Positions 36,291 to 47,414 of a stretch of DNA of 64,000 bases are shown in pieces. Both the position numbers and the translations under genes were made by a program. This DNA comes from an uncultured Clostridia bacterium. Its GTDB lineage: Bacteria > Bacillota > Clostridia > Christensenellales > CAG-314. The first letter of the stretch is position 1. Each line of letters opens with the position of its first letter. Location of the stretch: NCBI GenBank assembly GCA_947630455.1, contig CANRHP010000005.1:7536-71535 (forward strand). The letters are read 5' to 3'. The notes under the pieces were generated by a model, which was given only the letters and a program-made list of their open reading frames with translations, did not search any database and had not been told where the DNA came from.

Positions 36291-37442
36291 TTAATCAATC
36301 ACAACCGTTTCAATACTTTTCAAAGCATTGTCTACGAGAGTGTCCACATCAAGTACGCTTTCTACTCTGAGCACTTGCTCCAGTCGCGGTTTAGTAACCG
36401 GGCGCTTAGGCAAAAAAATCGTGCAGCAATCCTCATAGGGCAAAATAGAAGTATCAAATGTACCGATACGCCGGGATATCTCGATTATATCATCTTTATC
36501 AAAGCCTATAAGCGGTCTGAACACGGGAATAGTTGCTACCGAATTAGTGCTTGTGATGCTCTCCAACGTCTGACTTGCCACTTGACCAAGACTTTCCCCC
36601 GTTACAACAGCGCCGGCTCCGTGCAGTTTGGCAATGCGTTCCGCAATGCGCATCATAAAACGTCTCATGATGGTGATCATGTATTCTTCCGGACAATTTT
36701 CATGAATAGCGGTTTGTATTTCCGTAAAACTTACAACGTCAACAGTCATGCGCAGGGTATATTTTTTGATGATTTTTGCAAGATCCAACACTTTTTGACG
36801 AGCTTGCATACTTGTATACGGAAAGCTGTGAAAATGCACCGCTCTGAGCGTCATTCCGCGTTTTGCCATCATATATGCAGCAACAGGACTGTCAATTCCT
36901 CCCGAGAGCATAACAATTCCCTTGCCCGCCGTGCCAACAGGCATACCATTGACGGCCTTTATCGTTTCGCCGAAAACAAACGTTTTGCCGTTTTCACGTA
37001 TGTCGATATAAACAATATGTTCGGGATTGAATAAATCCACCTTGAGATTCGGGTGCGCATCCAATATATCTCCACCGATTTCGGCAGATACCTGCATCGA
37101 GGACAACGGAAAACGCTTGTCGGCGCGGTTTGTTATTACCTTAAAAGTACCGCTCGTTGGCGAAAAGGCAAGCGCCGCCGCGGAAATTTCTTTCAATTCC
37201 GACGGAACCTCTTCGGCGATACTCAATGAATGTACACCAAATACGTTCTTGACCGCATCAACGATATCTTCTATATATATCTCGTCAAAATTTCGAATGA
37301 CATAGCGGGCATTACTGCGAGAAAAATCGTAGCGGAACTCTTTCAATACGGTTTTTATATTTGCCACAAGTGCACTTTCGAAAAACTCACGATTGTTGCC
37401 TTTTAAATGTATTTCCGAATAGCGTATGATAATTACTTTCAT
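36291..37442 (-). CDS. thiI: tRNA 4-thiouridine synthase ThiI (no rhodanese domain)
   Basis: THUMP N-half and PP-loop SGGIDSPVA. Confidence 0.92.
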   Translation of the reverse strand: MKVIIIRYSEIHLKGNNREFFESALVANIKTVLKEFRYDFSRSNARYVIRNFDEIYIEDIVDAVKNVFGVHSLSIAEEVPSELKEISAAALAFSPTSGTFKVITNRADKRFPLSSMQVSAEIGGDILDAHPNLKVDLFNPEHIVYIDIRENGKTFVFGETIKAVNGMPVGTAGKGIVMLSGGIDSPVAAYMMAKRGMTLRAVHFHSFPYTSMQARQKVLDLAKIIKKYTLRMTVDVVSFTEIQTAIHENCPEEYMITIMRRFMMRIAERIAKLHGAGAVVTGESLGQVASQTLESITSTNSVATIPVFRPLIGFDKDDIIEISRRIGTFDTSILPYEDCCTIFLPKRPVTKPRLEQVLRVESVLDVDTLVDNALKSIETVVID

Positions 37443-37478
37443 ATTTCCTCTTTTTGCAAAAATTATTTTATACTATAA

Positions 37479-38621
37479 TTAACCGAGCATTGTTTTACGT
37501 AGGGCGACGACGCATTGAAAGAGTTTTTGAGCAAGTAACTGCACATCTTCGGCAGTATTATATTTAGAAAAGCTGATACGAAGCATCCCTTCCGAATATT
37601 TTGGGTCCAACCCAATTGCTTGAGCAATGCGGCTTTGTTTGTTTTTCGAACTACAAGCAGATCCTGTACCGACTACAATGTCATAGCTTTCCAGCATGTG
37701 TAAAAGCACTTCACCCTTGATATTCGCAAACGCGAGAGACATTATTGCAGGGGAAACATCTTCGGTGCAATTTTCCCGCCATCCGTCTAAGCTTTGCAAT
37801 GTACCGCGCACTATTTGCTTGTAATTGTTAAAATTTTCGGTGTTTACAGCAAGGTTTAACTGTGCCTTTTCCACTGCAATTGCCAAAGCCACTATACCGC
37901 CAACGTATTCCGTACCCGATCGCATCCCTTTTTCCTGTCCCCCGCCGAAAATTGTCGGAGTGAGACGAACGCCATTTTTCACATACAAAGCGCCTATGCC
38001 CTTAGTACAGTGAATTTTATGTCCGGCAAAGGAATACAAGTCAACCCCAAGATATCGTAAATTTACCGGAATCTTTCCAACGGCTTGCACTCCGTCGGAG
38101 AAGGTTTGCGTCTTGCCGTTTTTTGCCTTAACAAGCTGATTGATATGACGTATATCATTTACTGCGCCTGTTTCATTATTAACATGCATAAAGCAAGCAA
38201 GCAGCGTTTCATCATCAACTCTCGAAACAAAATCATCGACATCAATATGTCCATCCGATAAAACATTTGCCAACCGCACGTCATAGCCTCTGTTTTTCAG
38301 TTCGGATACTGCATTATACGCAGCAGAGTGCTCCGAAGCCGTTACTACAATGTTTCCATGCTTTGCCTTGACGGAGCTGAAAATCGCCAGATTATCCGCC
38401 TCGGTACCGCCGGATGTAAAAATAATTTCACCGTTTGCAGCCCCCAACGCTTTTGCAATTCTTTCCCTTGCCAAGGAAATATCGTTAGCAATTTGCAAGC
38501 TGCAGGTGCTTCGAGCGGAGGGATTGTAGTACTTTTCTGTGTGATATTTCATCAACAATTCAGTGATATCATCATCTACTCGCGTCGTGGCGCAATTATC
38601 GAAATAGTAAATTTTATCCAT
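37479..38621 (-). CDS. cysteine desulfurase (NifS/IscS class V aminotransferase)
   Basis: SGGTEADNLAI, PLP lysine context AGHKIH, and the C-terminal GSACSS loop. Paired with thiI as in Bacillus nifZ-thiI. Confidence 0.9.
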   Translation of the reverse strand: MDKIYYFDNCATTRVDDDITELLMKYHTEKYYNPSARSTCSLQIANDISLARERIAKALGAANGEIIFTSGGTEADNLAIFSSVKAKHGNIVVTASEHSAAYNAVSELKNRGYDVRLANVLSDGHIDVDDFVSRVDDETLLACFMHVNNETGAVNDIRHINQLVKAKNGKTQTFSDGVQAVGKIPVNLRYLGVDLYSFAGHKIHCTKGIGALYVKNGVRLTPTIFGGGQEKGMRSGTEYVGGIVALAIAVEKAQLNLAVNTENFNNYKQIVRGTLQSLDGWRENCTEDVSPAIMSLAFANIKGEVLLHMLESYDIVVGTGSACSSKNKQSRIAQAIGLDPKYSEGMLRISFSKYNTAEDVQLLAQKLFQCVVALRKTMLG

Positions 38622-38705
38622 TTTCCCTCAAATTTCCAATTTAATACAAAACACAATACTATGCGTGTAATAGTAATATGTATTTTGGCTTTTTTTGTGG
38701 TACAG

Positions 38706-41078
38706 CTATTTTAATGTAACTACTGTTACACCGCTTTCGCCCTCACCATAAGCTCCAAGTCGAAATTCTGCGACATTCGGATGATGTCGAAAATGCTCGT
38801 GCAGCCCCGCACGCAAGCGACCGGTTCCCATTCCGTGAATCACCCATATTTGATGCAGTCCGGCAACAACCGCCGCGTCTATAAACTCATCTACAGTGAC
38901 GATCGCTTCATCAACAGTTTGTCCGATCACATTTATTTCATTGCTCAAACGACGTGTATTAAGTGTTGTTTTGGCTGCAGTCCCTCTAACGTTCCGCTTG
39001 GATTGATTGAGCTCCAATACACTTTCGTACAGATCGTCGACGTCAACTTCAGTAGTAAGACTGCCGCAGCGCACCTTAATTCTTGATTTACCACGTATTT
39101 CTACAACACGCGCCTGAACGCCCAATTTTTGAGAAAACACCGTATCTCCGACTTTTAGCTTTTCAAAGCTGACCTTATCGCCGGTAAATACTATCTCATC
39201 CTCGTCCTCCTGTTTGATGTCAATTTGATTAAGTCGTTTTGCCGTGTTTCGCGCTGCAAACAAGTCTTTGTCGGAAAGATCTTCCTTTGATAGGATAGAT
39301 TTTATTTCCTCTACCAATTCATACGCCTCCGATTTTGCCTTGGCTACGATTTTTTTTGCCTCCTCGCGCGAGCCCGCAAGAAGTCTATCCCTTTCGTTTT
39401 GCAAGCTGCCGTTTAGTTTGGCGGCTTTTTCTTTTTCAGCTTGGAGTTGTTTATATTCTTCCTCCAAGGATTCCAATTTTGCTTCGTATTCCTTGCGTAT
39501 TTCGTCTGCATTTTGCAGCACTCTTTCAAAAGCAAGCTTTTCGTCGGAAACATTCGCGCGAGCAAATTCTATTACATCATTTCTCAACCCAAGCTTTGAG
39601 GCTATTGCAATAGCATTTGAGCTGCCCGGTACGCCCATTATCAATCTGTATGTGGGAGCCAAGGTTTGTAAATCAAATTCCATAGAGGCGTTCTCAACAC
39701 GTTCAGTAGTAAGCGAATACTCTTTTAAAGCTCCATAATGCGTCGTAATTACGCACTTTGCTCCACTCTTGCGAAGGAAATCGGTAATGGCAAGCGCAAG
39801 AGCCGCGCCTTCATTAGGTTCGGTTCCCGCACCCACCTCGTCAATAAGCACAAGATCACCTTTACCGCAGACATTCAATATATCTCTTATATTGGATATA
39901 TGCCCCGAAAAAGTAGACAGATTCTGCTCTATACTTTGTTCATCACCTATATCGCATAGCACATTGTCAAAATAGGAAAGCTCACTTTCTTCCTGACATG
40001 GCACAAACAGCCCGGTCATAGCCATAGCACACAGCAATCCAACCGTTTTTAGCGTTACGGTTTTGCCGCCAGTATTCGGTCCCGTGATCACGATAATATC
40101 GTAATCTTCCCCCAGCTTTATAGAAATCGGCACGACAGTTTTTTTGTCCAGTAACGGATGACGCGCTTTTTGAACTTCTATTTTTCCGTTATTGTTCAAC
40201 TTTGGCAGTGTGCACCTATTTTCCAACGCATATTTGACTTTACTAAATATTACGTCAATATCACTGACGGTATCTACAGAAAGGGCAATTTTTTCGGCAA
40301 TGGGAGATATTCTGTCTGTAAAAGCCTGCAGGATGCGCTGTACTTCCGCTTTTTCATCCAACAATGCCTCACGCAACGCATTGTTAAGCTGTACAATCGC
40401 CATCGGCTCGATAAAAAGCGTCGCGCCGGTAGAAGACTGATCGTGAACAATTCCGGACACGTAGCCCTTGTACTCCTGTTTTACAGGAATGACATAGCGA
40501 TCACCGCGCATTGTTACGATCGAATCCTGCAAGTATTTGGAAATTTCACTGTTTTTTGTGTAGCTTTGCAGCTTTTGTTTGATATCGGCATTGATTGCCT
40601 TGATTCTTTTGCGAATCGCATACAAATCGTCGGAAGCTTTGTCATTCATTTCTTCGTCGGAAATAATTGCAAAATCAATGTCGTCTTCCAGCTGTTTATC
40701 GTTGTATAGAGCAAAAGCCTTAGCTTGCAGTAAAGAAATATCTATGCCGTAATCCACAAACAAAGCCGCCTGTAAATATCGAGCCGTTCGCAATGCCCGC
40801 ATGATTTGCAGTAATTGCTTCATCGAAAGACATGATCCCACCCTTGCCAACGCGCATGTTTCCGATACGTCGTCTACCGACAAGTCAAAGGATGTTTCAA
40901 ACTGAAACAGCTTATATCCCTGATTGGTTTCCTCCAACAACCTTTGCGCATCCTCAAAATTAGCAGCCGGCAAAAGAGAACGCACCTTTTGTTGCGCAAT
41001 GCTGCTTACGCAAAACGATGCAACGGAATCGAGTATATCAAAAAACTGAAGTTTATTTAATGTTTTATTTTTTATCAT
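38706..41078 (-). CDS. mutS2: endonuclease MutS2
   Basis: Walker A GPNTGGKT, a coiled-coil, and a C-terminal Smr domain (IHGMGTGRLR). Confidence 0.95.
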   Translation of the reverse strand: MIKNKTLNKLQFFDILDSVASFCVSSIAQQKVRSLLPAANFEDAQRLLEETNQGYKLFQFETSFDLSVDDVSETCALARVGSCLSMKQLLQIMRALRTARYLQAALFVDYGIDISLLQAKAFALYNDKQLEDDIDFAIISDEEMNDKASDDLYAIRKRIKAINADIKQKLQSYTKNSEISKYLQDSIVTMRGDRYVIPVKQEYKGYVSGIVHDQSSTGATLFIEPMAIVQLNNALREALLDEKAEVQRILQAFTDRISPIAEKIALSVDTVSDIDVIFSKVKYALENRCTLPKLNNNGKIEVQKARHPLLDKKTVVPISIKLGEDYDIIVITGPNTGGKTVTLKTVGLLCAMAMTGLFVPCQEESELSYFDNVLCDIGDEQSIEQNLSTFSGHISNIRDILNVCGKGDLVLIDEVGAGTEPNEGAALALAITDFLRKSGAKCVITTHYGALKEYSLTTERVENASMEFDLQTLAPTYRLIMGVPGSSNAIAIASKLGLRNDVIEFARANVSDEKLAFERVLQNADEIRKEYEAKLESLEEEYKQLQAEKEKAAKLNGSLQNERDRLLAGSREEAKKIVAKAKSEAYELVEEIKSILSKEDLSDKDLFAARNTAKRLNQIDIKQEDEDEIVFTGDKVSFEKLKVGDTVFSQKLGVQARVVEIRGKSRIKVRCGSLTTEVDVDDLYESVLELNQSKRNVRGTAAKTTLNTRRLSNEINVIGQTVDEAIVTVDEFIDAAVVAGLHQIWVIHGMGTGRLRAGLHEHFRHHPNVAEFRLGAYGEGESGVTVVTLK

Positions 41079-41099
41079 ATATTCCTAATTTATTTACTA

Positions 41100-43349
41100 C
41101 TAATTTACCTTATCGACCAATCTTCCCTTGGTGTATGGCTCTGTTTCCAAGTAACCGTCGTTCATTCCTTCATTGAGAAGCTTGTAGTGTCTAACAACAG
41201 ATTCATTAAAATCCATAAGGTAACCGCCGGCTTGTACAATACGCGCAACTACAGACAATTTTTTGCCGTTTATAAGTTCAAAACTGCAGCGCTTCGATCT
41301 GCGCCTGAGTATTTTAAATTCATTTCCCTGTTCATCCGTATAGCAAAGCGGTATACTTGCGCAGCAAGAGGAACACGTGCAACCGGTTGCGACCTTGTAG
41401 GGACAATGCACAAGCTTCATCAGAACAAACTGCCCATCTACGAAAATCAATCCGCTGCGGTTTGCAAAACGAGAAATTTCCGTCAAGGTCAACTCCTGAG
41501 AATATACAAAGGTTACTGCGTCGCTAAACTCCTCTGCCATAAAATCATTAAAAATATTCAATCCGCTTCCTGCAATATAATCCAAGTTAAGCTGTCTTGC
41601 CCACTCCACTTGACCGATATTGTGACAAACAATCCGCGTACGTGTTTTCTTTATTTCTTCAAAAATGTCATTTTCTGCAAAGGAGGGTATATCAAGAAAC
41701 GCAGTGTATTTCTTTGCAAGTTCAAATGCTGTACTATCCAAATCGTCAGGCTTAAAAATAAGCAAATCGGTATACTTTTTGGCTGCACACAACTGTTCTT
41801 CGGTATAGCAGATCACGGCAATTTGCAATTTGTTTGCAAGCTGCTTTGGTTTGGAAAACAGAAATTTTGCGTCCGCCTCTGCACTATTGCGGGAAAGCCG
41901 ACGATTCTCGTATTTCAGCAACAAAGCCTCAGTCATTTTTTTCAAAATATTGCGACGCAATGCGTTGATTTGCGATTTTGCGAGAAATATATTACCAATA
42001 TCCAATTCTATGTCTGAAATAGTATACGACGAATCCCCGGTTTTTTGAAGTTGTTCAATAATTTCATTGAATGTTGTTGGCTTTGTTTCAGCAGCCTGGA
42101 CAACAAAATCCGATTGCATAACAACAGTGGTCATGTTACAGCTTGCAGTAATTTCGACAAGCTCGTTAGAATGTGCTATAAATTTCAGTTTTACCGGTAA
42201 CGATCTGCGTTTTGCGAGAATCTCATGGCAAAGTTCAACCGGCGTAGTACGGTTAACCACCATTCCATCTTTGACGCGACCGCTGAATTTCGCCCGTATC
42301 AGTCCAATCCCGCTTTCCAACGCAATTGCACCGCACACCTCGCGTTCCTTTTCAAACACCTTAAAACCGTCGCCTTTTGTAATATAATTTTTTGTTTCGA
42401 TTTGGTTTTTATATACTTTTCCAACCTCAACGCCTGCATGATTTTGGCAAAGTGGAGAAATTATATCACTGTTTCCTCCACGCAAATATTGCAATGCAGA
42501 CATATCGCGGTTGTATATTTCCGAAAGTTGTTTTCGCGCGTTTGAATCCTGTTCGAAATTATTGTCAAATAGTTTGCTGTATATGCGCGAAGTTATTCCC
42601 GCATATTCCGCACGACGGTTGCGCCCCTCTATTTTATATGTAGAAACGCCTGCTTTGCACAAATCCTCGGCGATGTCCAAACCGCACAAATCTCTTGCCG
42701 ACAGCAAATAGCTGAAATTTTTCCCTCCATCTGCCGAGTACAATTTCCTGCAAGGTTGCGCGCACAAGCCTCGATTGCCGCTGTTTCCTCCGACTAAGGA
42801 AGAAAACAAACACTGACCGGACTGACAAACACATGTCGCTCCATGAATGAAACACTCAACCTTAACTCCTGTTTGAGCAATTTCCCGAATTTCTTCCAGC
42901 GAGCACTCTCTTGCGCAAACAACGGTTGTAGCTCCGCAGTTTTTAGCAAACTCTGCGCCGCTCTTGTCGTGGATATTAAGCTGCGTACTTGCAACAATTT
43001 CGAAGTTATCGCTGCCGAATCGTGCGGCTATGCGCATAAGCGCCAAATCCGTCACAATCACACCGTCTGCGCCGCATTGATAAATAAATTTGAGTAAATC
43101 CACAGCTTGGGCAAATTCGTCATTTTTCAATGAGGTGTTTATTGTTACATATACCTTCACGTTCAACAAATGACAGTAATCCAACCAGTATTGAAAATTG
43201 TTTCTTGTAAAATTCGGTGCTTTCATTCGAGCATTGAAGCTGTCCAAACCAAGATATACCGAATCGCAGCCGTTATTTACGGCTGCAACAAGCTGCTCAA
43301 CGCTGCCGGCAGGAGCCAGTATTTCCCTTATTGGTACAGTTTCCGTCAC
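41100..43349 (-). CDS. U32 family peptidase (long form)
   Basis: 749 aa. N-terminal U32 core (ILAPAGS..., ADSVYLG, E.FIHGA.C...SGQC..S) followed by a C-terminal extension. Confidence 0.8.
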   Translation of the reverse strand: MTETVPIREILAPAGSVEQLVAAVNNGCDSVYLGLDSFNARMKAPNFTRNNFQYWLDYCHLLNVKVYVTINTSLKNDEFAQAVDLLKFIYQCGADGVIVTDLALMRIAARFGSDNFEIVASTQLNIHDKSGAEFAKNCGATTVVCARECSLEEIREIAQTGVKVECFIHGATCVCQSGQCLFSSLVGGNSGNRGLCAQPCRKLYSADGGKNFSYLLSARDLCGLDIAEDLCKAGVSTYKIEGRNRRAEYAGITSRIYSKLFDNNFEQDSNARKQLSEIYNRDMSALQYLRGGNSDIISPLCQNHAGVEVGKVYKNQIETKNYITKGDGFKVFEKEREVCGAIALESGIGLIRAKFSGRVKDGMVVNRTTPVELCHEILAKRRSLPVKLKFIAHSNELVEITASCNMTTVVMQSDFVVQAAETKPTTFNEIIEQLQKTGDSSYTISDIELDIGNIFLAKSQINALRRNILKKMTEALLLKYENRRLSRNSAEADAKFLFSKPKQLANKLQIAVICYTEEQLCAAKKYTDLLIFKPDDLDSTAFELAKKYTAFLDIPSFAENDIFEEIKKTRTRIVCHNIGQVEWARQLNLDYIAGSGLNIFNDFMAEEFSDAVTFVYSQELTLTEISRFANRSGLIFVDGQFVLMKLVHCPYKVATGCTCSSCCASIPLCYTDEQGNEFKILRRRSKRCSFELINGKKLSVVARIVQAGGYLMDFNESVVRHYKLLNEGMNDGYLETEPYTKGRLVDKVN

Positions 43350-43366
43350 CGTTTTCTCCCACTAAA

Positions 43367-45748
43367 TTATTGTTCGCGAAGCGTAGCTCTATATTTTTCT
43401 TTAATGGCTTTTAATGCCTTGCTGCACTGTTTTTCTATGTCCGAATCCTGAAGCGTTTTGTTTTTATCGCGAAATACAACTGTTATAGCCAAGCTTTTTT
43501 TAGCATAGCCGAGTTTTTCTCCACGATATATATCAAACAGATCGGCACTTTCCACAAGCGGTAAATTTATAAATTCATCCAATATGCTCTGAGCGTCAAT
43601 ATCCTCATCACATAGAAATGCAAAGTCGCGACTGACCGACGGAAATTTTGCTATCGGGCTGTATTTGAAATCGACACGTGCTTGTTCAAATAATTTATCC
43701 AAATAAATTTCCGCATACATACAGTCTACTTCGATATCGAAGTTTGCAGCGATTTGCGGATGAATTTTACCGAAATGTCCTACGTCAACCCCGTTCAAAA
43801 GAATTTCCGCAGCAATCCCCGGATGGAGAATATCGCAATCGGAACGTGCGATATGAAGTTTTCCGTCGCTAATACAACGCACGACCTGCAAAATATCACT
43901 ACGAAACATATCGAAACCCACATTTGTGGCACAAACGGACAAACGTTTCTGTTCGTAAGGTAAATTTACAAGAGGAAGCTCGTGAGCAAGATACACCTTG
44001 CCCATTTCAAACAACCTCAAGTCCGTGTTGCCTCGCGACAAATTAAGCGCCGCACATTGCAGCATATTTGGCGCAAGACTGCGAGTCATCAGTGAAAGCT
44101 CTTCTCCGATAGGATTTATAACTTTTATATACTGCGTTTCATCAATAGAAGCAGTACTTGCCCTTTCAAAAAGCGCCTTTCCCGCAAACGGATAAAATAC
44201 GCATTCGTTGTAGCGCAATCCGCATAATACATTTTTCAATGCGTCAACGTGCTTGTCCTCTTTTGTTTTGCCTCCGCATGTGATACGGGATTTTTCCATC
44301 ATTGTGCCTTGGATGTTATCGTATCCGTACACGCGTATCAGTTCCTCTACAAGATCGCAATCCCTGAAAATATCGTCACGATAAGGCGGAACAATACATT
44401 TCACCGTATTGCCGTCGATGTCGGCGGCTATATTGAGCAATCCAAATATAGATAAAATTTGTTCGTCGGGTATTTTTATGCCAAGCAGCTTTGCTATTCT
44501 GCGTTTATCGAATGTAACCGTGCGGCTTTGTGCCACTTCACCTAACGAGATACGTCCGCGAGTTACTTTTCCGCAGCCAAGCTGTTCTACCAAGTGTAAT
44601 GCTCGCGATAAGCCCAAATTATTGGTGTAGGTTTCAATTCCCTTTTCAAATCGTGCCGACGAGTCGGAACGCAAGCCCAAACGATGCCCCGTGCGCCGGA
44701 TATTCATTCTTGCAAATGTTGCCGATTCGAAAAGCACGCAATTTGTATTCCATTTAATGCCCGAATTGGCGCCACCCATTATACCGGCAAGTCCCACCGC
44801 ACGTTCGTTGTCTGCAATTACGAGATCGTCGCTGCAAAGCGTATACTCTTTACCATCCAATGGAACGATTTTTTCTCCGTCATTTGCTCGGCGTACGATG
44901 ATATGTTGGTTGTCGATGTCAGCATAATCGAACGCGTGCATAGGTTGACCGATTTCAAACAATACATAATTGGTTATGTCTACCAAATTATTTATTCCAT
45001 GCAAGCCCACTTTTGCCAAACGCGATGTAAGCCAAACAGGAGACTTTTCAACTTTTACATCGGTAACACCCTGCATAAAATAACCTTTGCATATATCGGG
45101 GGCTAAAACATCAACATTTACCAAATCCGAGGTTGCAATACTACCCTCGCAATAAGACACATCGGGTTCGCGGCAGATTTTGCCCAAAGCAGCGGCAACC
45201 TCACGCGAAAGCCCAAGCACACTGTTGCAATCTTGACGATTTGCGGTAACTGACACATCCAAAATATAGTCGTCCAAACCAACTTCTTTGCGAATGTCTG
45301 CTCCCACCACAGCTGTTTCCTGCAATACCAACACACCGTCCGCATCTGCATTGGGATACCAGTCTGCGTTTATGCCAAGCTCTTCCGCTCCGCAAAACAT
45401 CCCCCACGATTCCACGCCGCGCATTTTGCCTTTGGTGATGTGCAATCCGTTTGCAAGGTTGGCGCCATGCAACGCGACAGGCACCTTGTCTCCTGCTTTT
45501 ACATTGTGATCGTTTGTAACAATGGGAATGATTTCTCCCCCTATATCCACTTTGCAGCAAAGCAATCTCTCTGCGTTTGGATGCTGCAATATTTCTTTGA
45601 TCTGACACACCTTTACATTGGTAACATGTTCGCCGAGATAAGTGACATCCTCAATTTCCAAGCCTATTCCCACCATTTTATTGCAAAGTGTCTGCACATC
45701 AACATCCACATCGACATATTCTTTGATCCAAGATAACGGTAATTTCAT
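43367..45748 (-). CDS. pheT: phenylalanine--tRNA ligase beta subunit
   Basis: 793 aa. MKLPLSWIKEYV start, with tRNA-binding, B3/4, B5 and FDX-ACB regions. Confidence 0.96.
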   Translation of the reverse strand: MKLPLSWIKEYVDVDVDVQTLCNKMVGIGLEIEDVTYLGEHVTNVKVCQIKEILQHPNAERLLCCKVDIGGEIIPIVTNDHNVKAGDKVPVALHGANLANGLHITKGKMRGVESWGMFCGAEELGINADWYPNADADGVLVLQETAVVGADIRKEVGLDDYILDVSVTANRQDCNSVLGLSREVAAALGKICREPDVSYCEGSIATSDLVNVDVLAPDICKGYFMQGVTDVKVEKSPVWLTSRLAKVGLHGINNLVDITNYVLFEIGQPMHAFDYADIDNQHIIVRRANDGEKIVPLDGKEYTLCSDDLVIADNERAVGLAGIMGGANSGIKWNTNCVLFESATFARMNIRRTGHRLGLRSDSSARFEKGIETYTNNLGLSRALHLVEQLGCGKVTRGRISLGEVAQSRTVTFDKRRIAKLLGIKIPDEQILSIFGLLNIAADIDGNTVKCIVPPYRDDIFRDCDLVEELIRVYGYDNIQGTMMEKSRITCGGKTKEDKHVDALKNVLCGLRYNECVFYPFAGKALFERASTASIDETQYIKVINPIGEELSLMTRSLAPNMLQCAALNLSRGNTDLRLFEMGKVYLAHELPLVNLPYEQKRLSVCATNVGFDMFRSDILQVVRCISDGKLHIARSDCDILHPGIAAEILLNGVDVGHFGKIHPQIAANFDIEVDCMYAEIYLDKLFEQARVDFKYSPIAKFPSVSRDFAFLCDEDIDAQSILDEFINLPLVESADLFDIYRGEKLGYAKKSLAITVVFRDKNKTLQDSDIEKQCSKALKAIKEKYRATLREQ

Positions 45749-45760
45749 TGTTGCACACTC

Positions 45761-46774
45761 CTATTTGCCGAATTGCTTTAAAAAACGCTGATCGTTTTCA
45801 TAGAAAAGACGGATATCGGGAATACCAAACTTTATCATCGCAGCACGTTCCACTCCGATACCAAATGCATAGCCGGTATATCGCTTACTATCAATACCGC
45901 AGTTTTCCAATACTACGGGATTAACCATACCGGCGCCCAAAAGCTCTATCCAGCCCGTCTCTTTGCACAGTGCGCAGCCCTTACCGCCGCAATTACTGCA
46001 CGTGAGATCGACCTCTACGCTTGGCTCTGTAAACGGAAAATAAGACGGACGAAAACGCACCTTGGTTTGCGGACCGAAAAGGTGTGAAGCTATATATTCC
46101 AACGTGCCCTTCAAATCGCAAAGTGTTACATTTTTATCCACCACCAATCCCTCTATTTGATGAAAGACCGGAGAATGAGAGGCGTCGTTGTCCGAGCGAA
46201 ATACCTTTCCGGGACAAACGATTTTAAGCGGCGGTTTACGTTGCTCCATTATACGCACCTGCATTGCCGAGGTTTGAGTACGCAACAATATACTCTCTGT
46301 GATATAAAACGTGTCCTGCATATCACGTGCAGGATGATCGTAGGGTATATTCAGCGCTTGAAAATTGTAGTAGTCCGTCTCGATTTCCGGGCCGGAAAGT
46401 ACCTCAAAGCCCATGGCAACCATCAAATCGCAAATCTGATTTTCAATTAGCGTAATGGGATGAAGCGCGCCTCGGCTTGGACAGGAAGTACGGCTTACGT
46501 CTACCCGCTCTTCCCGTAAACGCCGCTCCAATACCGCTTTTTTCAATTCTTCCGTTTTGCTTGCAATGCGATCTTCCATTTGCTTGCGCAGTTCATTTAC
46601 TTTTGCACCGAAGGCGGGACGTTCTTCAGCGGGTAAATCCTTGATGCTTTTTAGCAATACTGTCAATTCACCGGACTTGCCGAGGTACGTTACCTTAAGC
46701 TCCTGCAATTCCGTGAGATTGCCGCATTTAGTAATTTGAGCGTCAAAACTTGATTTAATTTCATCTATTGTCAT
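45761..46774 (-). CDS. pheS: phenylalanine--tRNA ligase alpha subunit
   Basis: Class II motifs (HPARDMQDTFY, FRPSYFPFTEPS, GAGMV). Confidence 0.97.
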   Translation of the reverse strand: MTIDEIKSSFDAQITKCGNLTELQELKVTYLGKSGELTVLLKSIKDLPAEERPAFGAKVNELRKQMEDRIASKTEELKKAVLERRLREERVDVSRTSCPSRGALHPITLIENQICDLMVAMGFEVLSGPEIETDYYNFQALNIPYDHPARDMQDTFYITESILLRTQTSAMQVRIMEQRKPPLKIVCPGKVFRSDNDASHSPVFHQIEGLVVDKNVTLCDLKGTLEYIASHLFGPQTKVRFRPSYFPFTEPSVEVDLTCSNCGGKGCALCKETGWIELLGAGMVNPVVLENCGIDSKRYTGYAFGIGVERAAMIKFGIPDIRLFYENDQRFLKQFGK

Positions 46775-46785
46775 ATTTTACTCCT

Positions 46786-47014
46786 AAAAAAGCCCCAAGC
46801 ACAAAGCTTAGGGCGAATAGACCGCGGTACCACCTAAATTTGAAAGAAAGTTTCTTTCCTCTCAGTTTGTTAACGGAAACAACCCGCAAACGACTACTTT
46901 GTTTCACCGTTTGAACTCGGAAGTGAATATCCTTTTGCGCATAGGCAAGGCTCACACCGCCCCTCGCTCGCTGAAACTACCATTACCGCAAAATCTTATG
47001 CTTCGTCTTTGTTT
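46786..47014 (-). ncRNA. T-box leader (Phe specifier) controlling pheST
   Basis: On the - strand: conserved T-box AAAUUUAGGUGGUACCGCG (plus coordinates about 46823-46841), terminator GCCCUAAGC-UUUGU-GCUUGGGGC-UUUUUU (46786-46814), and a candidate specifier UUC followed by A (plus 46925-46927). Confidence 0.85.
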
Positions 47015-47020
47015 TTAATT

Positions 47021-47049
47021 AGTATAGCAAAAAAATATTCGTTTGACAA
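47021..47049 (-). promoter_or_regulatory. sigmaA-type promoter of the pheST T-box leader
   Basis: TTGTCA, 17 nt spacer, TATACT on the - strand. Confidence 0.55.
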
Positions 47050-47414
47050 CAATTTTGAGCCAACTGCAAAATAAAAGGTGATATATGATAAAACATAATT
47101 TACTTTTATGCTGTTGCAGCTTACAACATCCTGGGCAACGAAAAAATGTACCTACATTTGGAATATGTAAAAGTATATGTAAAAATTTTTCATACACAAC
47201 TAACTATATGCGACAAAAATAACAGTATTTATTTGAGACGGTCGAACAGAGAATGCATTGCTGTGCACAATTAAAAGTGGCAGCATCAATGTATCTCCTT
47301 TGGAACGAGCCTTAGTAATGGTCAATTGCAAAAATTTTATCTGTAAAATTTTGCTAAAATATTATTTTACTTTGAAGGCTCATTTTACATATTACATTCT
47401 AAATTAAACTGTAA

